Virus record (IMG/VR): IMGVR_UViG_3300042923_000569
Coordinates: 1 to 64,000 of that record
Strand: one strand, 5' to 3'
Length of the DNA stretch: 64,000 nucleotides
The position numbers and the translations under genes were made by a program. Numbering within the stretch: position 1 is the stretch's first letter; each line of letters begins with the position of its first letter. The notes beneath the pieces are model-generated. The model saw only the letters and a program-made list of their open reading frames with translations. It was not told where the DNA came from and searched no databases. Shown here piece after piece: positions 44,697 through 54,404 of the stretch.

Positions 44697-45414
44697 ATTC
44701 ATAGATTTTGAAATCAGTAGAACCAGTCGTTTGATTCATTTCGTCGTTTACGCTTGTTAACTTTGTGTCGTAGTCACCACTGTAATCTTCAGTAGCTAAC
44801 TTACGACCCCAATCTTTAATAAAGTTATCAATGATTTCGTGTTCATCAATTCCCGGATGACCTTCAGCTCGAAGTTTTTTCCAGAAATATTCATTATAGT
44901 CAAATGACATTATTAGGTCATTTGTCTCTTCGTCAAATTCCACATCAAATGCAAACCAAGGCTCCTTATTAAAGGTTGCAACCTCTTTATCATATTCATT
45001 CTGTGAAATAGACTCATATTTCAATGCATATGCCAATGCTGCTAAGTACTTTTTACCTTCGTCCTTAATTAACTCAACATACTCTTTATCGTAAGTTTGT
45101 TGGTCAATCTTTCCGAATTTCAATTGTAACTCAAGAGAACGTTCGTTAACTACACTAGAAGGTATAACAGAAAACTCTTCATCGATGTGGATTTTATTTA
45201 ATTCATATTGAAATTCATCAATTTCTTCATGATTGAACTGAATTTCATTCTTTGCCTTTTGTAAGTCGTACTTAGTCAAGTACTGCACTTCTGCACGTTT
45301 CAAATCTGCTTCTAATCCTTCGTAATTAAAGTCGATTAAAGCAAGCTCTTTAGCTTTACCTTTAAGACCCCAATGAGAAGGATATAACCAGAATGGTATA
45401 ATCTTTTTAGCCAT
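44695..45414 (-). CDS. Conserved hypothetical protein (start moved to MAKK)
   Basis: EPW..., .DYN..F...L...G, W domain. Confidence 0.6.
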   Translation of the reverse strand: MAKKIIPFWLYPSHWGLKGKAKELALIDFNYEGLEADLKRAEVQYLTKYDLQKAKNEIQFNHEEIDEFQYELNKIHIDEEFSVIPSSVVNERSLELQLKFGKIDQQTYDKEYVELIKDEGKKYLAALAYALKYESISQNEYDKEVATFNKEPWFAFDVEFDEETNDLIMSFDYNEYFWKKLRAEGHPGIDEHEIIDNFIKDWGRKLATEDYSGDYDTKLTSVNDEMNQTTGSTDFKIYE

Positions 45415-45691
45415 TTTTCTTTCCAAATATATCACCAATTTTCATAACAAAGTACTTTTTATCACCTTCATCATGTGGCATATTTAGTGAAGATTTACCA
45501 AAAACAACAACGTCGCCATCGGCTAGGTTATGTTCTTCACGTTCACCATTATCAAGAAAACGACCTGGACCAACACTGATAATTGTGCCGGTGCATGGTG
45601 GTTCAACTTGAGTAAGAATAATGCTAGTTGTAGTTGGTGTTACATCAGATAGTTCGATGAACACATAATCATTAATAGCTTGTAAACTCAT
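45407..45691 (-). CDS. groES: GroES/cpn10 co-chaperonin
   Basis: AINDYV, IILT, GTIISVGPG, GDVV.F.K, DI.G. Confidence 0.9.
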   Translation of the reverse strand: MSLQAINDYVFIELSDVTPTTTSIILTQVEPPCTGTIISVGPGRFLDNGEREEHNLADGDVVVFGKSSLNMPHDEGDKKYFVMKIGDIFGKKNG

Positions 45692-45716
45692 TTATTCGAC
45701 TCCATTCAAAAATAAA

Positions 45717-45923
45717 TTAGTATCCGCCAGTATTGGCGAAGAAATTACCACGGAAATACAGATTACTTCCTTTATCACCTGCGGTATATGCTTCGTACTT
45801 CATGGTTTGTTCCCCTTCACATTCAGGGCAATCATGGGGGTTTTCTCGATCATTAATTTTAACGATCTTTTCCATTGAATGTTCACATGCTTCAGTACTA
45901 CAGCGATATGTATATAGTGGCAT
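45717..45923 (-). CDS. FmdB-family zinc-ribbon protein
   Basis: MPLYTYRC...C.H..E......CP.C..., F.G.F.. Confidence 0.85.
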   Translation of the reverse strand: MPLYTYRCSTEACEHSMEKIVKINDRENPHDCPECEGEQTMKYEAYTAGDKGSNLYFRGNFFANTGGY

Positions 45924-45936
45924 TTTTCTTTCCTTA

Positions 45937-46551
45937 TTAAACAGTAATTTTTCGAGAATCTTCTAGTGCTTTGTAGTATGCAGCTTTTGCAACTGGATTA
46001 CTTTCAATAACAGCTAATGAGTTTTCCTGTGAAACACCCGCGAAGATTTGTTGTGTACTATTTACTGTCTCAAAAGCAGTGCGAACTTCGTGAAGAGTTC
46101 TAGGGAAGAAATTCATGAAAGAACTATCTACTGACACATTCAAATATTCCAAACCACTTACTGATTCTGTGTGTACGTGACCGTGAACATTATTTTTTCC
46201 ACGTAATTCTTCAGGGTGAAGTGGTGCGTGGGAAAGCCAGAACTCTTTATACTTCAGTAGTCCATGAACTTCGTCAAAAGCTTCACATAGTTTTTTGGTA
46301 GAAATATATTCAGAACAGTGGTTACCCAAGATAAGAATTTTACTACCAGGAAGTTCTTTAATAAAATCTAAGTACTTTTCATCAAAGATAACATCACCTA
46401 AGAAGAACATAGTATCTCTTTTTGTACAAACTTCAGAAAGAATATATTGAAAGTACAAATCATTGTGAAGGGTGCTTTCAAATACCGGACGATATTTCCA
46501 AATATTCCGGTGACCCATATGGGTGTCTGCTATAAAGCGTGGGGTACTCAT
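45937..46551 (-). CDS. Calcineurin-like metallophosphoesterase
   Basis: ADTH.GH, LGD, GNH, LSHAP, HGHVH, NVSVD. Confidence 0.9.
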   Translation of the reverse strand: MSTPRFIADTHMGHRNIWKYRPVFESTLHNDLYFQYILSEVCTKRDTMFFLGDVIFDEKYLDFIKELPGSKILILGNHCSEYISTKKLCEAFDEVHGLLKYKEFWLSHAPLHPEELRGKNNVHGHVHTESVSGLEYLNVSVDSSFMNFFPRTLHEVRTAFETVNSTQQIFAGVSQENSLAVIESNPVAKAAYYKALEDSRKITV

Positions 46552-46565
46552 TATTTTATATTCAA

Positions 46566-46591
46566 AGAAAAAGGGAACCGAAGTTCCCTTT
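46566..46591 (-). terminator. Terminator with UUCG loop after gp45
   Basis: AAAGGGAAC-TTCG-GTTCCCTTT plus T run. Confidence 0.85.
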
Positions 46592-46601
46592 AATTTTACT
46601 A

Positions 46602-47333
46602 TTATGCACCACTTACGTAGATGCTATATACTGCAACACCAGTATCAACTGTTACGTTTAACATACCAGTTTTGGTAAATCCTAATGACTTACTTTCAGC
46701 ATTAGATACGCGGTTTAATGCTTGAAGTACGCGGTCAATTGGATAACCGTAACCTTTGGTTAGTTCACCTTCTGTTTTAGAGAATAGTAAAGTACCGGTA
46801 TGGTTGTTTTTATTCTTTTCACCAACGTAAAAATATAAACTATCGTCTTCAGTGAAGGGAGTGACTAAAGCAGAGAATGATTTAAACACACCTGAGAAAC
46901 TTTTTAGTTCATTGACCTTAGAAGCACTAGGTGTAACCTGTACGTCATAAGCTTGGTCAGTAAAACGTGGTTGAGGTGGAATATATTTTTCCGCAACAAC
47001 TAGATAGTTGGTATTTGCATCGTCTGAATTGAAAGTTAAGCTTTTAACTACATTATCTTTCGCATTCACACTAATTTTAGTACTTTCTGATTTGTAGACA
47101 TTTAAGTTTAGTAGACCTTGAAGCATTCCAAGATTACCAATACCAAAACGACCAACAACTTCAGGTACATCTTCCTTGGTATATGCACGCATAACCAAAG
47201 TTTTATCGGCTGTATAAGCTTCCATGTAAACACGTTGACCTTGACCGCGATCTTCGCTAGAAACTGCGATACAATCAAAATCAATACCAGATGTGGTTGT
47301 TACTAGGTCGCGTAGTACGTCACGTAATTCCAT
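46602..47333 (-). CDS. gp45: Sliding clamp-like protein
   Basis: 243 aa, two-domain beta/alpha periodicity, position near DNA polymerase; weak sequence evidence. Confidence 0.55.
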   Translation of the reverse strand: MELRDVLRDLVTTTSGIDFDCIAVSSEDRGQGQRVYMEAYTADKTLVMRAYTKEDVPEVVGRFGIGNLGMLQGLLNLNVYKSESTKISVNAKDNVVKSLTFNSDDANTNYLVVAEKYIPPQPRFTDQAYDVQVTPSASKVNELKSFSGVFKSFSALVTPFTEDDSLYFYVGEKNKNNHTGTLLFSKTEGELTKGYGYPIDRVLQALNRVSNAESKSLGFTKTGMLNVTVDTGVAVYSIYVSGA

Positions 47334-47365
47334 TTGTTAAATCTCCATTTTGTGTTAACGGGTAT

Positions 47366-47394
47366 ATTATACCAGAATAATTCTACCCGTTTCA
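47366..47394 (-). promoter_or_regulatory. TGAAAC-class promoter overlapped by an 8-bp inverted repeat
   Basis: TGAAAC-17-TATAAT; AACGGGTA/TACCCGTT flanks the -10. Confidence 0.8.
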
Positions 47395-47400
47395 TTTTTG

Positions 47401-47877
47401 TTAGATATTAGTAGTATTACTTTCGTTTGTCATAATAGCAGTATGTTCAGACATATTTTCATTATTTTTAAACATAGCAAGACCCATTTCATATATTCTT
47501 GCTGAAACACTATAGTCAATTTCATCGCTAACTACTGTACTGCCATCACGATACAACCAATCTGGTTGATTAACAGTCCCAAATGTCGCGGTATATGGTT
47601 GATTACTTACCCAAGGTTTATTATTCCAAGGAGTAGTATCAATTGGTGGGTATGGTTTGATTGTTGGTGAAACAATAGGTACTTGAACAACCTTTTCAAT
47701 AGTTTTAATTTCAATTTTATAAAGGGAAACTACCTTTTCCCCTTCTAATATTGATCCAACCTTTTTGAAACCAGAACCTTCAAGAATTTCTGATTCTTCT
47801 TTAGTTTCAGCACGAACAATATCGTACTCACCGCATGAAGAGATTGCTCTCCCAATGCGTTCATAAATGTTAGACAT
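47401..47877 (-). CDS. Hypothetical protein
   Basis: ORF with SD GAGGA after gp43. Confidence 0.55.
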   Translation of the reverse strand: MSNIYERIGRAISSCGEYDIVRAETKEESEILEGSGFKKVGSILEGEKVVSLYKIEIKTIEKVVQVPIVSPTIKPYPPIDTTPWNNKPWVSNQPYTATFGTVNQPDWLYRDGSTVVSDEIDYSVSARIYEMGLAMFKNNENMSEHTAIMTNESNTTNI

Positions 47878-47891
47878 ATTTTATCCTCTTA

Positions 47892-50800
47892 TTACCAAGC
47901 GAAGAAACCAGTGTTTAATTCGATGGTACTTTTCTCTGTTATACCAATATCCATATCAAGAATACCGAAGATATTACCTAATTTCTTAGTTAGTACTGCC
48001 ATTTCCATAGTATCGTCATCGAATGGTAATTCCATGAACCAATTTGGTAAGTAGTCTGCACAGTCAATTGGGTATCCAACTTTAGTAATCCCTAGTGGAT
48101 TAGGTTTTAGGTCACATACGATAACTTTTGTACCGTCTGTTGCTTCTGGAACTGATTTATCATCGTTTAATTCACGAAGTTTATTCCAGTAGATTGCTGC
48201 TTTAACATGACCAACTGAACATTTTCCTGTTTCCTGGAATTCTTTCTCTTTGTTGGTATAGTTCTTAACAGTTTTTGGTGATCCCTTCTCTACGCTTGGT
48301 TTATCTTTAAACTCACGTTTAAAAGTACGTACTCGGTTACGTAATTCTTCCTCAGATTCACCAACTAGTAATGCGATTAGTGTTTCTTCAAGGAAATTCT
48401 GGATGTATTTTGGTGTGTCTGAACGTTTAATTTCAAGACCCATTGCCTTAATTTCACCAGGTGAACCGTTTTCATCCTTACGGAATCCATCTTCCCAAAA
48501 CTTTAGAATTGCATAACGTTTCTTTTTCAAGAATAAACCACGAGAACCGACCATTTCTAGATCTGCACCAACGATTTTACCGTTTTCAAGACCAGTATTG
48601 AAAGTTGTATCCATAAATTCAGGGAATGATGAACCTACTGTATCACCAATCATCTGATATAGTTCAACTACTTCAGAACGTGATAGGTTAAATTCCATAT
48701 CATTTTCTTTATAGTAGTGTGCAACACTGAAATATACTGAGTCAGTATCGCCATATACTACTACACCACCATTATGATCGTAAGTTTCAGTACATACTTC
48801 ATTAATCTTACTTGCAAGGTGTTTAGTCATACTACGACCAGTTAAAGTAACTGATTGTCCTAGTCGTTTATCGAAGAAACGAGAACCTTTATTCAACAAC
48901 GCACCATATAGTGAGTTTAAAAGAATCTTACGAATCTGTTGGTTCTGCTTCCAGAAATCAGACTGAGTTTTACAGTACTTTTTATCAGAATCAGCCACAA
49001 ATAAACGACCATCTTCAATTCTCATGCCATTTTGTGCAATAATCTTTGCTATTTCAGCAGGATTCTTATCAGCAATTGCTAGACGAAGCAAATAAATTGG
49101 ATCATCTTCATGAAGGTTGGTTTTATGTAGTCCATTTCCAGATTGTAATGACTTTAACTCATTTTCTAAGTCAGCTAGCATATTTTCAGGCATTTCCCAG
49201 CCATCGGTAGCCAAGTGCTTATAGTCAATTACCATTTTCTGTTGTGCTTTACGTTCAGAATACCAAACTGTAAGAATTTCTGGAATTACACCATACTTCG
49301 TCTTATCAAAAAGTGTTCCATTTGCACTTAATACAATAGTACTGTCAGAATTAAAGATAATGTCATATAATTCTTCGCCGGTTGCTTGGAAACTCGTACC
49401 ATCTTCTAAATCTACGGTAATTACTTCCTGTGATTTCTCACGAACCATAGTGAATTCGACGCTTGCAAACAAACCATGCCATGCTTCAGTCCATTTAGGA
49501 TCGAATTTACCACGACCACCATTTTTAGCCCATTTAACACGCTGTTCTTCAATTTTAGATGCCAAATATGCATCAGTGTAATCCTGTCGCAATTGTCCAA
49601 GAATACATTCAGTACTCATGCCTAATGTGCGAAGAACTGTTGGGTATAGTGAGTTAAAGTCCACGCAACCTAACATATCAATCAATCCAAGAATAGGATC
49701 TTGTACCCATGCTCCAGCAGCTTTAGAACCACTTTGTGATTCACCATCTTCATCATCATCTAAGTCAATATCATAATCTTGATACGCAAAATCTTCTTCT
49801 TCTTCAACTTTACGTTTATTGAATACTACTTCACCACGTTGGTGAGCAAGATTTATAATTGCGGTGTCAATTAGTGCTACTGAACCCATAGTTGTTGTGA
49901 TTAACACACATTCTTTATGAGCAAGACGGTTATGTAGGTTGATAAAGTCCATCTTTTCATCGATTTTCTTAAGTAAGATACTATCTTGCTTAGAATAACG
50001 AAGAAAACGCATATAATCTTCACGATATAGCTTATCTAATGAACCATCATATGGTACTTTGTTCTCGCCAGTTACTTTCTCTGCAATATAATCAAGTTTA
50101 TATGACTGTTCAACTTGACCAGCATGTTTTTTGTATAGTGCAAGGTAATCTAAGTGGACGCGTCCAACTAAATCGTAGGTAACGATGGTTTTACCGAACA
50201 TATCTGCTTCACGTGCATTTGGTTTTTTATTCCATAAGCACCAGCGAGCTAATGTAGCTTCATTGAAAACCTTTCTGGTACGGTTAACCATATATGGAAT
50301 ATCAAAGAACTCACTATTCCAACCAGTAAGAATGTCACTATCTTCAATTAGCTCAAAGAAGGTTTCAAACATCTCTGATTCTTCAGTATATAGTACTACT
50401 ATACTGTTTGGATCATTGGTTTCAGCATTTAAACGATTAATAATGTCCTGTGCCTCAATATTATCCATACCAGTAGGTGCCATAGTAAGAACATAGTCTT
50501 TACCTGACCAACTTTGGTATAGTGATATTGCAGTTACACGGTTAAATGGATCACTTGGGGAGGCATAACCAAATTTAGGGTGAAAGTCGGTTTCGATATC
50601 GAAATAAGCGATGTTTAAATCGGGTGAAGGCTTACCCATGTAGTGTTTTGCAAGGGTTTTAAACGTAACATTACAATCCGCTTCATAAATCTTAGCAGAT
50701 GCAGGTAATGATTCCATTTGGCGTTTCATTTCAGAATACCGGGAGAATTCAAACTTCTCGGCCATAGTACCGTTGATAGTTTTATGCTCACCGTTTGGAG

Positions 50801-50921
50801 ATTCTACATAGTATTCATATACTGGCTCAATTTCACGCAGTATACGACGACCATTGACACGTTCTGCTACATGCAAAACTTCTCCGGTGCGTTTTCTATC
50901 CATATATCCATCTATATACAT
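47892..50921 (-). CDS. gp43: Family B DNA polymerase
   Basis: FDIET, WN...FD.PY, DFNSLYP, KILLNSLYG, YGDTDS, KKRY; no intein. Confidence 0.97.
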   Translation of the reverse strand: MYIDGYMDRKRTGEVLHVAERVNGRRILREIEPVYEYYVESPNGEHKTINGTMAEKFEFSRYSEMKRQMESLPASAKIYEADCNVTFKTLAKHYMGKPSPDLNIAYFDIETDFHPKFGYASPSDPFNRVTAISLYQSWSGKDYVLTMAPTGMDNIEAQDIINRLNAETNDPNSIVVLYTEESEMFETFFELIEDSDILTGWNSEFFDIPYMVNRTRKVFNEATLARWCLWNKKPNAREADMFGKTIVTYDLVGRVHLDYLALYKKHAGQVEQSYKLDYIAEKVTGENKVPYDGSLDKLYREDYMRFLRYSKQDSILLKKIDEKMDFINLHNRLAHKECVLITTTMGSVALIDTAIINLAHQRGEVVFNKRKVEEEEDFAYQDYDIDLDDDEDGESQSGSKAAGAWVQDPILGLIDMLGCVDFNSLYPTVLRTLGMSTECILGQLRQDYTDAYLASKIEEQRVKWAKNGGRGKFDPKWTEAWHGLFASVEFTMVREKSQEVITVDLEDGTSFQATGEELYDIIFNSDSTIVLSANGTLFDKTKYGVIPEILTVWYSERKAQQKMVIDYKHLATDGWEMPENMLADLENELKSLQSGNGLHKTNLHEDDPIYLLRLAIADKNPAEIAKIIAQNGMRIEDGRLFVADSDKKYCKTQSDFWKQNQQIRKILLNSLYGALLNKGSRFFDKRLGQSVTLTGRSMTKHLASKINEVCTETYDHNGGVVVYGDTDSVYFSVAHYYKENDMEFNLSRSEVVELYQMIGDTVGSSFPEFMDTTFNTGLENGKIVGADLEMVGSRGLFLKKKRYAILKFWEDGFRKDENGSPGEIKAMGLEIKRSDTPKYIQNFLEETLIALLVGESEEELRNRVRTFKREFKDKPSVEKGSPKTVKNYTNKEKEFQETGKCSVGHVKAAIYWNKLRELNDDKSVPEATDGTKVIVCDLKPNPLGITKVGYPIDCADYLPNWFMELPFDDDTMEMAVLTKKLGNIFGILDMDIGITEKSTIELNTGFFAW

Positions 50922-50946
50922 CTTATTTCCTTATAATAAACGCAAT

Positions 50947-50980
50947 TAAAAACATAATGCCCCATTCATTGGGGCATTAT
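50947..50980 (-). terminator. Terminator between dsbA and gp43
   Basis: ATAATGCCCCA/TGGGGCATTAT plus GT5. Confidence 0.6.
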
Positions 50981-50986
50981 TTACTA

Positions 50987-51292
50987 TTAGTAGTCTGAGT
51001 CATCCATTTGTGCAAGATTACCAGATACAGTAAGAATAGTTTCTACTTCGTCTTGTGCACGAACTTTATCAAAGAAGTCTTGTTTGTAGATACGCATTGC
51101 AGCAGATTTTAGTTTAGCCTTATCAAGACCAAGCTCATCAGCTAGGGTATCCATGAAGTCACCATATGATTCTTTGATGGTATCAATATGAGTTAGTTGG
51201 ACTACAGCAGAATTGAGGCCATCTTTAAGTTTTTTACGTTGAACGTCATTTAACTCAGTTGCTTCAATTTTAGATTCAGTTTTCTTAGCCAT
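50987..51292 (-). CDS. dsbA: T4 DsbA-like dsDNA-binding protein (GapR/DUF2312-like fold)
   Basis: MAKK..., DELGLDKAK......YK.D....EVE aligns to T4 DsbA DELGVDGK...LYHKD. Confidence 0.7.
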   Translation of the reverse strand: MAKKTESKIEATELNDVQRKKLKDGLNSAVVQLTHIDTIKESYGDFMDTLADELGLDKAKLKSAAMRIYKQDFFDKVRAQDEVETILTVSGNLAQMDDSDY

Positions 51293-51309
51293 TGTATTCT
51301 CCATGTTAT

Positions 51310-51342
51310 AAAAAAAGCACCCTAACTCTCCGTTAGGATGCT
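51310..51342 (-). terminator. Terminator/attenuator overlapping the transcription start of the promoter at 51346
   Basis: 11-bp stem (one G.U), GGAGA loop, U7. Confidence 0.7.
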
Positions 51343-51345
51343 CAT

Positions 51346-51374
51346 ATTATACCAGATCATTTTTTAGCGTTTCA
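51346..51374 (-). promoter_or_regulatory. TGAAAC-class promoter (dsbA-gp43)
   Basis: TGAAAC-17-TATAAT, TGg. Confidence 0.8.
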
Positions 51375-51375
51375 T

Positions 51376-51819
51376 TTATTTGGTGTATTTTTCGACAAGG
51401 ATTGTATGTAGTTCACTTAAACGTACTAACTTTTCAGTTGTTATAATTCCCAAATCGGATTGTAATCTCAGTTCTCTATATTCATCTTTGAGTTGTTCTA
51501 ACTCGCGAATTTCCATCTTATTTTTGTAGTACTCAGTCTCAGTAACATGTTTAAATTCACCATCAATATAATACCACCCATAAGGGTTTTCATTAAATTC
51601 AGAAGGTAAATCTTCTAAAGTTATAATTGAACAATCTACTGGAAATATTTCATAAGGATCAACGAAAGAATATCTAACAAAACAGTTTTCATCAACTGCT
51701 ATCTTAACACTGTTATTATCTAAAGTTTTTCTATATTCATACCAATCAATGCCAGTTGCTGTATCTTTAAGATACAAAACATTGGCAAGTTTTTGTTCAG
51801 GACTATACGTTTTAAACAT
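51376..51819 (-). CDS. Tail fibre assembly chaperone (Tfa/gp38-like)
   Basis: YLKD..G.DWYE, KIA.D, D...IFP....I, W.YIDG; TAATG-coupled to the fibre. Confidence 0.8.
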   Translation of the reverse strand: MFKTYSPEQKLANVLYLKDTATGIDWYEYRKTLDNNSVKIAVDENCFVRYSFVDPYEIFPVDCSIITLEDLPSEFNENPYGWYYIDGEFKHVTETEYYKNKMEIRELEQLKDEYRELRLQSDLGIITTEKLVRLSELHTILVEKYTK

Positions 51820-53432
51820 TATAATACTCCAACGGTGTACCAAACACCACCAATCTGTTTCTGTACATATCTATAAAAAATAGCATCAACATCTTCGATC
51901 CAAATTTTGCTAGTTTCAGTATCGGCAACACCAACCATAACAGAACCATCAGGTGCATATGCTGCTCTACCTTGATCAAAATTAACAAAGTTTCTGTTAA
52001 CTAGAGTACCCATTGCACTTAATCTAATATCTTGAACTCCAATATCGATATTTAATGAACCATTACCATCAGCAGTTATGCCATTTACTGAACGTAGTAC
52101 GTTTCTTCCACCTACAATAGAGGTATTTCCAGTAACAATAGAACCAGACGAAGTGATATTACCTGAACTATCGATAACGACTTCTGAACCACCTGCACTA
52201 CGTAAACGTAGACTGTTTGTTGTCGCATTATGATATATAGCACCACGTTCACCACCAGTACTGTTCTGGAACCATAGTATGACGTTAGTATCATTTGCAC
52301 GAATAGCAGCAGAGTTTGCTATAGTTAATGAACCGGTCATTGTATCACCAGCTTTTAGTACATATCTAGAATCCCCTGCTGATTGGTTCAATGCGGTACT
52401 TGGTTGTGCAATGTTATATAAAATAGCAACATTAAAATGTCTAACATCAACATCAGTTAAATTATGGCTGTGAACCGTTGTATTTCCATTAGGGTAAACA
52501 CCATACGTAGTACTGAATGCTGTTCTACTATCTGAACCACTTACTGATTGCACAGTTCTTGTATTTGCTTCACCATTAATACGTAAACCATTATAAGATA
52601 AGCCATCATCCCAAGTTTTTCCAGAAATGAACAAACCATCATCACCATTACCACCAGAAAGACCAACCATCATACCAACACCATGATAGTGTAATGGTTC
52701 TTGAATTGTTGTATTAGATATAGTTCCTGAACCTGATACTACTGAATCAGTTTTAGTTACACCAGAAGTATTGATACTTTTTAAATAAGCGTTTTGGTTC
52801 AAATTAGGAACTTGTTGTGTAACTGATGTTATTCCATTCCACGTCCAGTAAAAGCCATCAGAGAAACACCAACCAGTTTTAGTTACAAATGGTGCATTTA
52901 TAGATCCATCACGTCCATTTTGACCACCACTAACGCCACTCATTTGTTCACGAATACTTTCAACAGACTGACCTGAAGTTAATGAATAATGCATTAAACT
53001 TCCTGGTAGTGATGAAGTGAAAAGTCCAGGAACATCAGTAGGACTAGTGGTGCTTGATGGGAAAACAATATTAAGGTTAGTTCCGCTTACTGAAGCAGAA
53101 GCAACTGAACTTGATGAATAGGTTACAGTACTGACACGATTAGCCAGTTTGTTATTAATTTCTGTCAATGAAATATTAATAGGTGCAAGTACTTCGTCTT
53201 TTGAAAGTAATTCTACCCACGATACGCCATTATGGTACTTTAACGATTTAGTGTTAATGTCAAATACTACCGCACCTGCTTCACCTACTGGCAATTGTTT
53301 ATTAGGGAATACAACTGACGATGCATCAAGTCTTAATGGACGTGGTGATGTTGGTGTTCCACCTTCGATTACAATAGTCGCAGTATTCGTGCTAGTGATT
53401 TTATTACTAGCATGATTAAATCTTATACTCAT
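51819..53432 (-). CDS. Tail fibre protein
   Basis: H.HGV motifs, RYVLKAGDTMTGSL, C-terminal VQDIRL...APDG.VM.G...FYR..QK.IGG.WYTV of P2/Mu-type fibres. Confidence 0.85.
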   Translation of the reverse strand: MSIRFNHASNKITSTNTATIVIEGGTPTSPRPLRLDASSVVFPNKQLPVGEAGAVVFDINTKSLKYHNGVSWVELLSKDEVLAPINISLTEINNKLANRVSTVTYSSSSVASASVSGTNLNIVFPSSTTSPTDVPGLFTSSLPGSLMHYSLTSGQSVESIREQMSGVSGGQNGRDGSINAPFVTKTGWCFSDGFYWTWNGITSVTQQVPNLNQNAYLKSINTSGVTKTDSVVSGSGTISNTTIQEPLHYHGVGMMVGLSGGNGDDGLFISGKTWDDGLSYNGLRINGEANTRTVQSVSGSDSRTAFSTTYGVYPNGNTTVHSHNLTDVDVRHFNVAILYNIAQPSTALNQSAGDSRYVLKAGDTMTGSLTIANSAAIRANDTNVILWFQNSTGGERGAIYHNATTNSLRLRSAGGSEVVIDSSGNITSSGSIVTGNTSIVGGRNVLRSVNGITADGNGSLNIDIGVQDIRLSAMGTLVNRNFVNFDQGRAAYAPDGSVMVGVADTETSKIWIEDVDAIFYRYVQKQIGGVWYTVGVL

Positions 53433-53466
53433 ATAAATCAATCCTCGCGTTTATATATTATAGAGA

Positions 53467-53472
53467 TATTTA
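53467..53472 (-). promoter_or_regulatory. Late-type TAAATA for the tail fibre
   Basis: 35 nt before ATG. Confidence 0.5.
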
Positions 53473-53476
53473 TGAT

Positions 53477-53788
53477 TTAGTCTGTCTCTTCTTCTAAATC
53501 ATCAAATACTGTATCTATCATATTAGCAGCAAGTTTCTTTGGCATTTTATACCATTCTTTTCCTGCACCTTGAGTTGCATTCATAAGCTTCAAGCGTTTA
53601 TTAACTTCTTTTTCGGCGGCTTTAGCATCTTCAAAATACACTTCATGATAGACTTCATAGTCTCTAAACGGAGAACCTGTCTGATAAGTACTTAGACGTG
53701 TTTTCATTTCTTCTTTTGATGTAAATCCAATCTTAACCCATTCAGGCCATGCTTGGTTTACGATTACATAACAGATCTGATTAGACAT
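53477..53788 (-). CDS. T5orf172/GIY-YIG superfamily protein
   Basis: CYVI......VKIGFT......RL..YQTGSP..Y, AEK, KEW. Confidence 0.8.
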   Translation of the reverse strand: MSNQICYVIVNQAWPEWVKIGFTSKEEMKTRLSTYQTGSPFRDYEVYHEVYFEDAKAAEKEVNKRLKLMNATQGAGKEWYKMPKKLAANMIDTVFDDLEEETD

Positions 53789-53816
53789 AGTTCTACCCTC
53801 TTTTTTAGTGGGGTAT

Positions 53817-54251
53817 TTATCCTCTCAAAATCTGCACTTTTACACCGTGATTATTCAAATTTGACAGTACTGGATTAGCATTAATAACCTGTCTGGTGAT
53901 ATTTTGCTGACCGTACAGATTTACTGGATTACTCATTTCCTGCATAGTGGTTGAAGGTAACTCATTCAACATAGGAGCATGAGGATTATCTCGTACCAAT
54001 TTTTCCTGATATTTTTTTAGATATTCTGTATATGTCATTTCCTCAAAATCAGTATACATTATATCATCGACATATGAATCCATACTGTAGTATACCGCAT
54101 CAGTACCACAGCATAGAATTCCAAGGTCTTCGATATAGCCAACCATTTTATTATCTTCATACAATATCTGAAACCGGCTATGAACGCTTTGGTGATAGTA
54201 TTGGCGAGGATTACGATAGACTACTACTGTTGAATTTGGTTTTATGATCAT
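53817..54251 (-). CDS. Hypothetical protein
   Basis: First gene after the promoter at 54266; SD GGAG. Confidence 0.55.
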   Translation of the reverse strand: MIIKPNSTVVVYRNPRQYYHQSVHSRFQILYEDNKMVGYIEDLGILCCGTDAVYYSMDSYVDDIMYTDFEEMTYTEYLKKYQEKLVRDNPHAPMLNELPSTTMQEMSNPVNLYGQQNITRQVINANPVLSNLNNHGVKVQILRG

Positions 54252-54265
54252 ATTATTTCTCCATG

Positions 54266-54294
54266 ATTATACCACAAATTTGAAAGTCGTTTCA
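54266..54294 (-). promoter_or_regulatory. TGAAAC-class promoter
   Basis: TGAAAC-17-TATAAT, TGg. Confidence 0.8.
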
Positions 54295-54336
54295 TATGGT
54301 ATCGAACGTATTTAGTTTAGGGATATTAGAAACGCG

Positions 54337-54360
54337 AAAAGGACGCCGAAGCGTCCTTTT
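54337..54360 (-). terminator. Major capsid terminator, cUUCGg loop
   Basis: AAAAGGACGC-TTCG-GCGTCCTTTT. Confidence 0.85.
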
Positions 54361-54404
54361 TCTTTTTAACATCAGATTTTTTTAAATCTAAACGTTACTT
54401 CAAA

